Positions 26,833-35,277 of a DNA stretch of 64,000 nt are shown here, in pieces. Numbering within the stretch: the first letter of the stretch is position 1; each line of letters begins with the position of its first letter. A model generated the notes under the pieces. The model worked only from the letters and a program-made list of their open reading frames with translations, did no database searches and had not been told where the DNA came from. Origin of the DNA: Candidatus Delongbacteria bacterium. GTDB taxonomy: Bacteria > UBA4055. The translations under genes were made by a program, and so were the position numbers. Location of the stretch: positions 11,110-75,109 of the forward strand of contig QKDR01000019.1 in NCBI GenBank assembly GCA_003252515.1, written 5' to 3'.

Positions 26833-28488
26833 ATGAAGAAGTTTGTACTTTTAGTTTTATTAGTTGTATTGTCTGTTTTTGCCGGATCACCTAAATTGTA
26901 TTACATCTCAATTGAGGATCAATGGGATGGAGTATATGATTTTACAAAATTCCCTTACGATAATGTTACGTTCGAATTCTGGATCTCAGGAAGGGAATAT
27001 GACATATGTGATCAGAATGGGATAATGTGTGGGTATGACGATTTTGATATGGGAATCTCAGCCATCTATCTTGATCTGCAGAATTTTCAGGAGACTTGGA
27101 ATTTTAATGACATCCTGAATATCAGAATCAAACAGGATGATAATCCTTTCGATACACTCTGGTTCGAGGCGGTTTTAGCGGAGACACTCGACGGAACAGC
27201 AGACCCGGTATTTATCGGATTTACAGATGATCCGATCGCGCTGGGTCTGATAGCAGGAGGATCTGACATATCAACAATAACTTATCCGTGCGTAACGACA
27301 CCGGCATCGGATATAAACCTGGTCGGACTGCCATTTGATAACGGCTGGACAAAAGCATCCAATTTCGATCCGTCAGGCACGAATATGGACGCAGTATCTC
27401 ACTGGAGCGCCGAACATCAGGGATGGTATACGGCAGGTCATCACCCGTCGCTGGGATGGGGAACTGATTTTGAAGTCGGGACCGGCAATGCCTACATGAT
27501 CAACGCGCTTAATAATTTTGATTTTACAGTAACGGGTCAGTATGTTAAAGAGGATTACGACCTGTTCCCGACGGCAGGTACTGATATCAATATGGTACTT
27601 CATCCTGTTTTTAAATATCAGTTGGATTCTCTATCTGAAATAGGCGATGACATTGGTACTGATTATCTTAGTACATTATCGAAATGGGATAATATCAATC
27701 AGCATTGGATTTCAACAGCATATAATGTGATAATCGGCTGGTTTGGTGATCAGTTTTCTCAGGCGGGAGATGGTCTTATTCTAAATATGAAAGACAGTAT
27801 CAACTGGCCAGGATCAAAGAATACGGTAAAAGGCGGCGGAATTCCCAGAGTTGCGTATTTCAATCTTGTAAATGTCTCTACGGGAAAAGCTCTAACTTAT
27901 GACGAATACAGGTTGATCGAATTTGATGCATGGATCGACCAGAGACCGTCAGAAATACTTCATGAGTACAGTTACGGCTGCGGTTTTACGATGATCGATA
28001 CTTTAAGCGTTGCATACGTGGAGGTCAGCAATTTTACATCCGGGTGGGATCCGGGTGAGTATCTGAATATAAGATTTACGAATTTCGATTCAATGTGGGG
28101 CTGGGAGATACTGGATAATTATCTTGATGGATCAGGATCACCTTTATATATTGGATTTGAGCCAATAATTCCAAGATCAGGTCTTCCAGGCCTGATTTCT
28201 ATGGATCATGTAATTCCTATTTGTAGCGTGGACTTAAATATCGAATGTGAGATCTTCAGCTCGGTAGCTTTATTATCATGGGGGTTTAACGGTTATTCGA
28301 TCTTCCATGTATATACTTCCGATACGCCTTACGGTGAATTCATACTTGCAGGAACAGTTGAACATCAGTATGAATGGTCTGAACCGATAGCGGAAGATAA
28401 AAAGTTCTATCATGTGAGATCTTCAAGCGGCGACAGCGAGCCTCCCAAAACGATTTATATAAGTGTTGACGGTGAAGTTAGTGAATGA
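26833..28488 (+). CDS. Secreted acidic beta-rich hypothetical protein with A-B-B-A internal repeats
   Basis: Signal peptide MKKFVLLVLLVVLSVFA; AGGAGA RBS; internal repeats visible in the translation. Confidence 0.8.
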   Translation: MKKFVLLVLLVVLSVFAGSPKLYYISIEDQWDGVYDFTKFPYDNVTFEFWISGREYDICDQNGIMCGYDDFDMGISAIYLDLQNFQETWNFNDILNIRIKQDDNPFDTLWFEAVLAETLDGTADPVFIGFTDDPIALGLIAGGSDISTITYPCVTTPASDINLVGLPFDNGWTKASNFDPSGTNMDAVSHWSAEHQGWYTAGHHPSLGWGTDFEVGTGNAYMINALNNFDFTVTGQYVKEDYDLFPTAGTDINMVLHPVFKYQLDSLSEIGDDIGTDYLSTLSKWDNINQHWISTAYNVIIGWFGDQFSQAGDGLILNMKDSINWPGSKNTVKGGGIPRVAYFNLVNVSTGKALTYDEYRLIEFDAWIDQRPSEILHEYSYGCGFTMIDTLSVAYVEVSNFTSGWDPGEYLNIRFTNFDSMWGWEILDNYLDGSGSPLYIGFEPIIPRSGLPGLISMDHVIPICSVDLNIECEIFSSVALLSWGFNGYSIFHVYTSDTPYGEFILAGTVEHQYEWSEPIAEDKKFYHVRSSSGDSEPPKTIYISVDGEVSE

Positions 28489-28512
28489 TAATTGATTTAA
28501 TGGGGAAGTAAA

Positions 28513-29229
28513 ATGAAGAAACTGCGAACTATCTTATTTTTTGTTACTACTTTAACCGTACTTGCAGGGATTACAAAAGAATTTTATATTGAAGTAATTG
28601 ATAAAGACGGCGTATCACATTTTGATTTCAGCGGACCACCCTATGATTATATCGTTACTAAAGCATGGATCGATGCAAGACCCTATGAACTGTTTACGAA
28701 TTCTCTTGAAATTGAATATTTGTGGATTGATAATTATTTATCACTTATTTATTTTGATATCGGAGATTTCCCGACATCATGGTCAACAGGAGATAATTTA
28801 TATGTATATTTAAAGCAGGAGACAACGAATGTTGATAATCCTTTTCCAAATTATATGACACTGGATACAGGAGATCAGAATGTTGTATTTGACGGACCCA
28901 GTTTAGGAGGCGGTCCGGGGATATCAATTTATATACCGTCTTCAGTTGAAGCTCAGAATATCCCGATGCAAACAGAGCTGTACCAGAACTATCCGAACCC
29001 GTTCAATCCTGAAACGAAGATCAGTTTCGATCTGCATGAGGATTCTGATGTTACTTTGAGTATTTTCAACTATGATGGACAGCTTGTAAAGGAACTTGTG
29101 AGCGGAAAATTCTCAGCAGGAAATCATTCTGTTAATTTCAATGCTGCTGATCTGAACAGCGGTGTTTACTTTTATATACTGGAAACTGGAGAAACTAAAT
29201 TTACGAAGAAAATGTTGTTGATTAAATAA
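28513..29229 (+). CDS. Secreted protein with T9SS type A C-terminal sorting domain (Por secretion tail/FlgD-like)
   Basis: Signal peptide; C-terminal LYQNYPNPFNPET.ISF.L...V.L.IFN..GQLV..L...AG.H...F....L.SGVYFY.L...KKMLLIK. Confidence 0.88.
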   Translation: MKKLRTILFFVTTLTVLAGITKEFYIEVIDKDGVSHFDFSGPPYDYIVTKAWIDARPYELFTNSLEIEYLWIDNYLSLIYFDIGDFPTSWSTGDNLYVYLKQETTNVDNPFPNYMTLDTGDQNVVFDGPSLGGGPGISIYIPSSVEAQNIPMQTELYQNYPNPFNPETKISFDLHEDSDVTLSIFNYDGQLVKELVSGKFSAGNHSVNFNAADLNSGVYFYILETGETKFTKKMLLIK

Positions 29230-30267
29230 TTATTCAGGCAGTATAACCTTAAACGAGCACTTGTCGTCACCGCTCAGTACCGAAGTCAGGATCTCAACCC
29301 TGACTTCTTTATTTGTGGCGGCTTCCCATTGCTGCCTGTACCATCCGGCTCCGCAGTAGCAGTATGTCTTACTCATACTTCCGTTCAGATTTTCTCTGAT
29401 GATAGGGCAGAAACAGTATGCTTTTCTTCTTTCCTCATCCGTTTTGGCTTCTGCAAAAGCTTTCGGATCGCGCGGTTTCTTCTCGGAATATATCTCGTTC
29501 CCTTTTCTGACCGGAGGTTCTATCCAGCCTGGATCTGCAGCTATAAAATCTATGACAGCATCGACAGGATCTTTTCCGGCTTTTTCTGCTTCGATATAAG
29601 CGTTGCGGAGCTTCTGCAACTGCTCTTTCGGGAATATATGCGAACAGCCTGACAGGATCTTGTATTTTGCGTATTCTTTGTTCCTGTCGACTATATCGAC
29701 CATCTTCTTTATTTTTTCAAACCTTTCGTTTATTTCGGTCTCAGGTGAAATATCTTCACATATTTTTCCAATTTCTTTAGTATCGGTATGTTCAAGGATC
29801 GAGCGGCAGTTCTTTAGGAAAAGTTCCGTCCACTGATGCTCTACGAAAAGAAGCTCGACCTCTCCTTCCGTGCTTCCGTCGAGGTATACTTCGATCACGA
29901 ACTCATCTGATATCATTCCTTTATTATAAGCATACCCGTAGACTTCCGAATACTTTTCCCCAAGATCCTTTAATCCCATATCTGTCTTTAAGGACAGAAC
30001 TTTAAGCGCGTTATATTTTTTAACGGCGAAATCTCCTGCGGATACGATCTTATCTGTCACGGGAAATCCCGCTTCCACCCAGTAACCTTCTGTAACGCTC
30101 GAAATATAACTGATCTTACAGAACGCGGGACCTGTGATCTCGTCTTTGAACTCTTCTTTAATGGAACTGAATACGCCGTTCAGTTCGGATCTTTTCTTCA
30201 TATTGAAGATGCTTACGACAGCGTTGAATCCGCCGAAAGTGGTATGTTCAATCATATTTACGCTCAT
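29230..30267 (-). CDS. GyrI-like N-terminal domain fused to a Cys-rich DUF6144-like domain
   Basis: N-terminal GPAFC...VEAGFPV...L...Y..VY.Y....G.....EVYL. C-terminal CSH, YCFCP, YCYCGAGWY...WE, V.V.ILTSVL.GDD.C.F.V. Confidence 0.6.
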   Translation of the reverse strand: MSVNMIEHTTFGGFNAVVSIFNMKKRSELNGVFSSIKEEFKDEITGPAFCKISYISSVTEGYWVEAGFPVTDKIVSAGDFAVKKYNALKVLSLKTDMGLKDLGEKYSEVYGYAYNKGMISDEFVIEVYLDGSTEGEVELLFVEHQWTELFLKNCRSILEHTDTKEIGKICEDISPETEINERFEKIKKMVDIVDRNKEYAKYKILSGCSHIFPKEQLQKLRNAYIEAEKAGKDPVDAVIDFIAADPGWIEPPVRKGNEIYSEKKPRDPKAFAEAKTDEERRKAYCFCPIIRENLNGSMSKTYCYCGAGWYRQQWEAATNKEVRVEILTSVLSGDDKCSFKVILPE

Positions 30268-30297
30268 TACCCGGCTCCGTATTTTAATCTAAATAAT

Positions 30298-30335
30298 AAA
30301 CAAGGAAGTATCAAAATGCAAATACTTCCTTGTTT
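30298..30335 (-). terminator. 14-bp perfect inverted repeat; probable terminator of the ankyrin gene, or an operator
   Basis: AAACAAGGAAGTAT-caaaatgcaa-ATACTTCCTTGTTT. Confidence 0.65.
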
Positions 30336-30351
30336 TGTGAAAAAGTAAAAT

Positions 30352-32490
30352 TTACTTTTCGACTATTGAGGAACTGTTTATACTGTATACGAATCTGTCT
30401 CCTTTATACTCAGGGCAGTAGAAATCCGCTTTTACACCATCAGCTACAGCTTCATTTTTGAATTTCAGCAGGTTGGCTTCGTTGTTACCAGCGTGCATCG
30501 GGAAAACAACACTCGGATTCAATTTGCCCACAGCGTATTTTACCCCCATTTTTAAAGCTGTCTGATCCATGAAATTACATCCGGTAACAGGAAAGAATGC
30601 GATATCCACTCTGTCGGTCAGTCCGGCAAGATAATCTATTTCAGTAACGTACGGGCCTTTCAGCTCTCTGTCCATATTGGCGTGATCTCCGGGATGAAGT
30701 ATGGTGATCCCGTTGGTTTTGACAAGAAAGCCGACTCCTGTATCTGTTGACGGAACGGTAGTAATATCAACTCCGTCGATCACAATATGCCTCCTGCCTT
30801 CGACGATGTTAAGGTCTTTTACGTTCCTCTTCGGATCGAAACCGGTGACGAATTTAATGTTATCGAATTTCTCTTTCCAGTCGAACATCGCGGGAGTATA
30901 GTGGTCTCTGTGGTCATGGGATATAAATACTATTACATTTTCATTTTTAAGTTCTTCAGGTACAAGATATCCGTTGTTTATATTCGGATGTCCCGGTTCC
31001 GATGAATTTTCATTTACCCAGTAATCGAATACCAGCAGGTGATCTTTTGTTCTGACCGCCCATCCGCTGTGCCCCAGAAAAAATATCTTCGCTTCTTCCG
31101 CATCTGCTGCCAAGCCTTTATGAAGATCGTCGATGTCTTTATTTTCCGCTTTATTTTTTATAAGAAGTTTAGCGATCTGATCATTTCCGTGATATAAAGC
31201 CGAATATAAAGGTGAATGTCCGTTGTTGTCTGTTATATTTACTTCAGCTCCTTTGGATACCAGTACTGAAGCGATCTTTTGGTAACCTTTTGATGCCGCG
31301 ATATGCAGTGCCGTTCTTCCGTACGCAATATCCTTTATATCAGGATCGGCTCCGTTGTCGATCAGTAACTGTGCAATTTCGTCAGATCCTCTGTTAACGG
31401 CGATCATAAGCGGGGTGGAACCGTTCGAATCTATCACATTCAGAGGTGCTTTTCTCTTTATGAGAAGTTCCACGATCTCGGGATTATTGGCGTACATGGC
31501 ATGATGAAGTGTGGTAGTACCGTCAATTGTGCAGGAATTACCTGACATGCATTCTTTCGGAGCGATCTCGGCTCCCTTGTCGAGAAGAAATTCAACCGTT
31601 TCTTTACCTCCTCTTATAGCTGACAGTAAAGGTGTCATTCCGAAATTATCCTTTTCATTAATATCCAGTCCATAGCTCTGAAGCAGTTCAATTGTTTCTT
31701 TAGATCCTCTTGCGGCCGCGTTGAACATCAGTGACTTTCCGTCAGAGTCCTTTGCATTAATATCCGCGCCTTTCTCTTTAAGGAATTTGATAACTTCGGG
31801 AGTATTCCCCGCTACAGCCCATACTATCGGAACCTGTCCGGCATCGTTCTTCTGGTTTAAATCGTATCCTTTCGAAAGAATGTATTCAATCAGTTCTATG
31901 TTCCCGTTCCTCGCAGCAAAATGAATCGGTGTATTGCCGTAGGAATTCACATCTTTGAGATCTCCTCCCATTTTCTCAAGGAATCTGATCGTCTCAAGAT
32001 CAGCACCCCAGACAGCTTCGAAGATAGGCTTTCTGCCGGCTTTTGATACAGCATTAATATCAGCTCCTTTGTCAATCAGGAACTTAACAAGTTTAAAGTT
32101 CCCGGACATACACGCGAAATGCAGCGGAGTAACATCATTATTGTCCTTGTAATTCACGTCCGAACCTTTTTCGACAAGTATCTTAGCGATATCCAGATAA
32201 CCTTTTACAGCGGCATTCTGCAAAGGTATACTGCCTTCCCTGTCTTTTGTATTTATGTCTGCGTCTTTTTCCACAAGATATTCTACTATATCTGTTTTCC
32301 CTTCGATTGAAGCAAAATTGAGAGGTGAAAAATAATTGTCTATTTTGCTTTCGAGCAGGTCTTTATTCCCCTCGATCATTGATTTTACCTGGACCAGGTC
32401 ACCGTTATTGATAGCCGTTTTCATGTCCGACACTCCGATCAGCAGTGAAATTGACGCAAGAACTGCGGTTGTAAGCATTTTTTTCAACAT
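30352..32490 (-). CDS. Exported ankyrin-repeat protein with C-terminal metallo-beta-lactamase-fold hydrolase (UlaG-like)
   Basis: Signal-like N-terminus; about 12 ankyrin repeats (G.TPLH.A...G...IV..LI.KGAD.N); then FLGHSGW, SHDHRDH (HxHxDH), HPGD, D.AFFP, PMH. Confidence 0.88.
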   Translation of the reverse strand: MLKKMLTTAVLASISLLIGVSDMKTAINNGDLVQVKSMIEGNKDLLESKIDNYFSPLNFASIEGKTDIVEYLVEKDADINTKDREGSIPLQNAAVKGYLDIAKILVEKGSDVNYKDNNDVTPLHFACMSGNFKLVKFLIDKGADINAVSKAGRKPIFEAVWGADLETIRFLEKMGGDLKDVNSYGNTPIHFAARNGNIELIEYILSKGYDLNQKNDAGQVPIVWAVAGNTPEVIKFLKEKGADINAKDSDGKSLMFNAAARGSKETIELLQSYGLDINEKDNFGMTPLLSAIRGGKETVEFLLDKGAEIAPKECMSGNSCTIDGTTTLHHAMYANNPEIVELLIKRKAPLNVIDSNGSTPLMIAVNRGSDEIAQLLIDNGADPDIKDIAYGRTALHIAASKGYQKIASVLVSKGAEVNITDNNGHSPLYSALYHGNDQIAKLLIKNKAENKDIDDLHKGLAADAEEAKIFFLGHSGWAVRTKDHLLVFDYWVNENSSEPGHPNINNGYLVPEELKNENVIVFISHDHRDHYTPAMFDWKEKFDNIKFVTGFDPKRNVKDLNIVEGRRHIVIDGVDITTVPSTDTGVGFLVKTNGITILHPGDHANMDRELKGPYVTEIDYLAGLTDRVDIAFFPVTGCNFMDQTALKMGVKYAVGKLNPSVVFPMHAGNNEANLLKFKNEAVADGVKADFYCPEYKGDRFVYSINSSSIVEK

Positions 32491-32602
32491 AACTTCCTCC
32501 GGTTTTGTTTAGTTAAATTTATGAAAATAACAGAGAAATCATTGAGAATTCCGATAAAGCGATTTTATTCAGGGATGAAAAGAATAAAAAAGAAAAATAA
32601 TG

Positions 32603-32631
32603 TTGGCGGTATCGGATATTTATTATATATT
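32603..32631 (+). promoter_or_regulatory. Putative promoter of the XRE module
   Basis: TTGGCG-17 nt-TATATT. Confidence 0.4.
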
Positions 32632-32665
32632 TACAACATGGTGTATGAAATACAGGATTTTTTTT

Positions 32666-32941
32666 ATGCAATCACGGAAAATATATAACAGGATCGCACT
32701 TTTAAGGCAGGAATCCTGTATCGGCAGGAAAGAGCTCGCAGAGATGATCGGTGTCAATTTCCAGACGATAGGTTACCTGGAGCGCGAGGAATACAATCCC
32801 AGCCTAGATCTTGCCTTCAGGATATCTGATGTATTTAAAAAGCCTGTAGATTTTATTTTTTCAATAGAACCGATGGAGTCATTAAGCAAGATCGCTTATG
32901 AAAAATACCTTGGAGGAAAAAATGAAGAAAAAGCTGAATAA
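32666..32941 (+). CDS. XRE-family HTH transcriptional regulator
   Basis: YNRIALLR....R.ELAE.IGVNFQTIGYLEREEYNPSL.LAF.I...F..PV..IFS. Start placed at MQSRK (32666), behind AGGA. Confidence 0.88.
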   Translation: MQSRKIYNRIALLRQESCIGRKELAEMIGVNFQTIGYLEREEYNPSLDLAFRISDVFKKPVDFIFSIEPMESLSKIAYEKYLGGKNEEKAE

Positions 32942-33344
32942 TATACACTACATCGGACTGAACCTGCTGAGCGCGGTGCTTTTCGTACCGGCAATAGAAT
33001 ACATGAAAGAATTAGAAGCCCGTTGGCCGCTTATTACAGTTCTGTCATTTCTCGGAGCCGTGTTCACTATAAGTTTCTACTTTGCATTCTATAGAACCGG
33101 AGCGTGGAAGTTCGTTCATACTCCACTTGAAAAACTTGACGAGAGGGAACTCAAGATAGCGGGAAGCACATCGAGAATATCTTACGCGGTATTTACAGTG
33201 GTATCCCTTCTTGTAATGCTGGTACTGTCGCTGACTGACCTTCAAATAAATGTCGTTTTCACTGCAGTCTTCATCTACTTCGCCCATATACTTCCGTCGT
33301 CGATAGTGTCATTGGGAACAAAAAATGTACCTGAAGCAGAATGA
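32922..33344 (+). CDS. Membrane protein, DUF2178-like (LDERE motif)
   Basis: Four hydrophobic segments and LDERE......SRISY. GGAGG RBS before the ATG at 32922; this is the usual partner of such XRE genes. Confidence 0.7.
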   Translation: MKKKLNNIHYIGLNLLSAVLFVPAIEYMKELEARWPLITVLSFLGAVFTISFYFAFYRTGAWKFVHTPLEKLDERELKIAGSTSRISYAVFTVVSLLVMLVLSLTDLQINVVFTAVFIYFAHILPSSIVSLGTKNVPEAE

Positions 33345-33850
33345 AAAGGATACTCGTCATAGGCTGCGGAGGAGCCGGGAAATCCACTTTTGCAAAGGAG
33401 CTGCATAAAAAATTAGGATTGAAACTAATCCATCTTGACTGTCATTTCTGGCTGCCGGGCTGGGAAACCGTCGAAAAAGATAAGTGGGAAAAACTTACTG
33501 ACGAATTCATTGCCCGTGACGAATGGATAATGGACGGCAATTATTCAGGTACGATGGATAAAAGGATCGAAAAAGCTGATGCTGTAATATATTTCGACTT
33601 CCCCCGCTGGAGATGTCTTTACAATGCTTTTATGAGGATGTTAAAAGGTAAACTGTTCAAGAAAGAGAGATCCGATATTACATCCGGATGCGATGAAAGA
33701 TTCGATCTTGAATTCTATAAATGGATATGGAATTATAACAGTAACAACAGAGAAACGAATCTGCAGAAATTAAACAAAGCTTCTTCGACAAAAAAAGTTT
33801 ATATAATCAGATCATATAAACAGAAAAGAGAGCTGCTGAGATCAATTTAA
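33341..33850 (+). CDS. Adenylate kinase-like P-loop protein (FlaR/topology modulation family)
   Basis: RILVIGCGGAGKST, HLD..FW.PGW, WIMDGNY, GCDERFD.EF..WIW. Confidence 0.88.
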   Translation: MKRILVIGCGGAGKSTFAKELHKKLGLKLIHLDCHFWLPGWETVEKDKWEKLTDEFIARDEWIMDGNYSGTMDKRIEKADAVIYFDFPRWRCLYNAFMRMLKGKLFKKERSDITSGCDERFDLEFYKWIWNYNSNNRETNLQKLNKASSTKKVYIIRSYKQKRELLRSI

Positions 33851-34357
33851 CTTGTAACGGTACTCATTGCATAAAACTGATCTGCCGAACGCATTCCGTG
33901 TTTCTTCTCTGACGAACGAATAACCGGATTTTTCAAGAACCCTGACGGAAGCGGCGTTTGCGCTGTCGACAATACCTGTGATCCCGTCCAATCCGAAGTG
34001 TTTTATTCCATATACCGAGAGAGCTTTTACAGCTTCTGTCGCGAAACCTTTTCCCTGATGCTTTTCTTCGACAGCATAACCGATCTCAACTCTCTCATTC
34101 AGAGGACTTAATCCTGCGTGACCAATTAGTTCGCCTGTAGTTGTCAGCTCAATTCCGAGTACGAAAGGTTTAGTTTTCGGATCGGGATTATTATAGCGTG
34201 AGATCAGGAACTCAAGAACTTCGTGTGCTTCATTTTCCTCAGAATAAACCTGGTCAGGGATCCACTTTTTCATACCTTCCTCAATGCTCATCTGATATAT
34301 TTTCTGAGCATCGTTCAAAGTGAACGGGCGAAGTAAAAGGTTTTTGGTTTCGATCAT
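33842..34357 (-). CDS. GNAT N-acetyltransferase (RimJ/RimL-like)
   Basis: IET..L.LRPF...D, EIGYAV....QGKGFATEA, N.AS.RVLEK.G. The start at 34357 overlaps the upstream stop (ATGA). Confidence 0.9.
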   Translation of the reverse strand: MIETKNLLLRPFTLNDAQKIYQMSIEEGMKKWIPDQVYSEENEAHEVLEFLISRYNNPDPKTKPFVLGIELTTTGELIGHAGLSPLNERVEIGYAVEEKHQGKGFATEAVKALSVYGIKHFGLDGITGIVDSANAASVRVLEKSGYSFVREETRNAFGRSVLCNEYRYKLN

Positions 34358-35277
34358 AAAGCACAACCCTGAACGAGATTGTTTTTTATAAGATATTTGA
34401 ATACTTTATCCTGTATTCCGGTCTTGTTAATGCACCACAGAGGAGCGATCAGATCTTTTTCCGGTGCGTCTGCGTAAAGTCTGTGAATAACTGTGTCCTT
34501 ATTCAGATGAGAAAGAAGAAGCCCGAGCCTGTGGAAATATTCTTCTTCGGCCAATATCTTCGGAGCAGACCCTTCATGGTAGAGTTTTTCAAGCCGAGTA
34601 TTTTTCAGTACCATGAGCTGGTGGATCTTAAGTCCGGTGGTCTTTGAACCGTTCAGGAAACGGGCAAGTTCGATAATTTTATCATCGTTCTCGTTCGGAA
34701 GACCCAAGATTATGTGAGCTACAGATTCAAATCCGTATGAAGAAACAAGATCAACTGCTTCAGTAAACTGTCTCACTGTGTGTCCGCGACCTATCCATTC
34801 AAGGTCTTTTTCGTTTATGGTCTGAAGACCCATTTCTACCGTCACGTCCGTTTCCAGTGATTTGAGTAAATCAAGAATTTCTTCACCAATTGTGTCAGGT
34901 CTGGATGAAACTGCGATACCAACTATGCCTGAATTAGAGACAGCGTTTTTATATAATACTTCAAGATATTTAAGTTTGTTCTTGACTTTGTGTGATGTGT
35001 AAGTTGACGAATAATCCTGAAAGTACGCTATGAAAGCTTCGGCACCGTTCCTTTCTCTAAGGTAGTTCATATGGTCTTCGACCTTGCTGTCAGCCTCGAG
35101 GTCAAGTAGAGGTTCAAGTGACTTCATGTTGCAGTAGACACAGCCTTCATGTCCTATGGTTCCGTCAAGGTTCGGGCAGGTAAAATCACCGTGAAAGTTC
35201 AGTTTATAGACTTTTTTGCCGAATTTGTTCTTCCAGTGGTCGCTTAAGCGTGTTACTATTTCCGACAGGTCTGTCAA
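34354..35277 (-). CDS. TIGR01212/YhcC-like radical SAM protein
   Basis: K.YK.....FTCPNLDGT.G..GC.YC, AYFQ.Y..TY, RPD, EMGLQT, RGH, HIILGLP, KIH.L.VLK.T. Confidence 0.88.
   Translation of the reverse strand: MTDLSEIVTRLSDHWKNKFGKKVYKLNFHGDFTCPNLDGTIGHEGCVYCNMKSLEPLLDLEADSKVEDHMNYLRERNGAEAFIAYFQDYSSTYTSHKVKNKLKYLEVLYKNAVSNSGIVGIAVSSRPDTIGEEILDLLKSLETDVTVEMGLQTINEKDLEWIGRGHTVRQFTEAVDLVSSYGFESVAHIILGLPNENDDKIIELARFLNGSKTTGLKIHQLMVLKNTRLEKLYHEGSAPKILAEEEYFHRLGLLLSHLNKDTVIHRLYADAPEKDLIAPLWCINKTGIQDKVFKYLIKNNLVQGCAL

Noticed and set aside
30352..31100. Antibiotic-resistance metallo-beta-lactamase
   Set aside because: The motif pattern (GHSG, HxHxDH, GD, PMH) is UlaG-like rather than subclass B1-B3.
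32658..32665. T8 tract between the RBS and ATG of the XRE gene as a phase-variation switch
   Set aside because: It is short, and such tracts are common in these AT-rich intergenic regions; there is no evidence of length variation.
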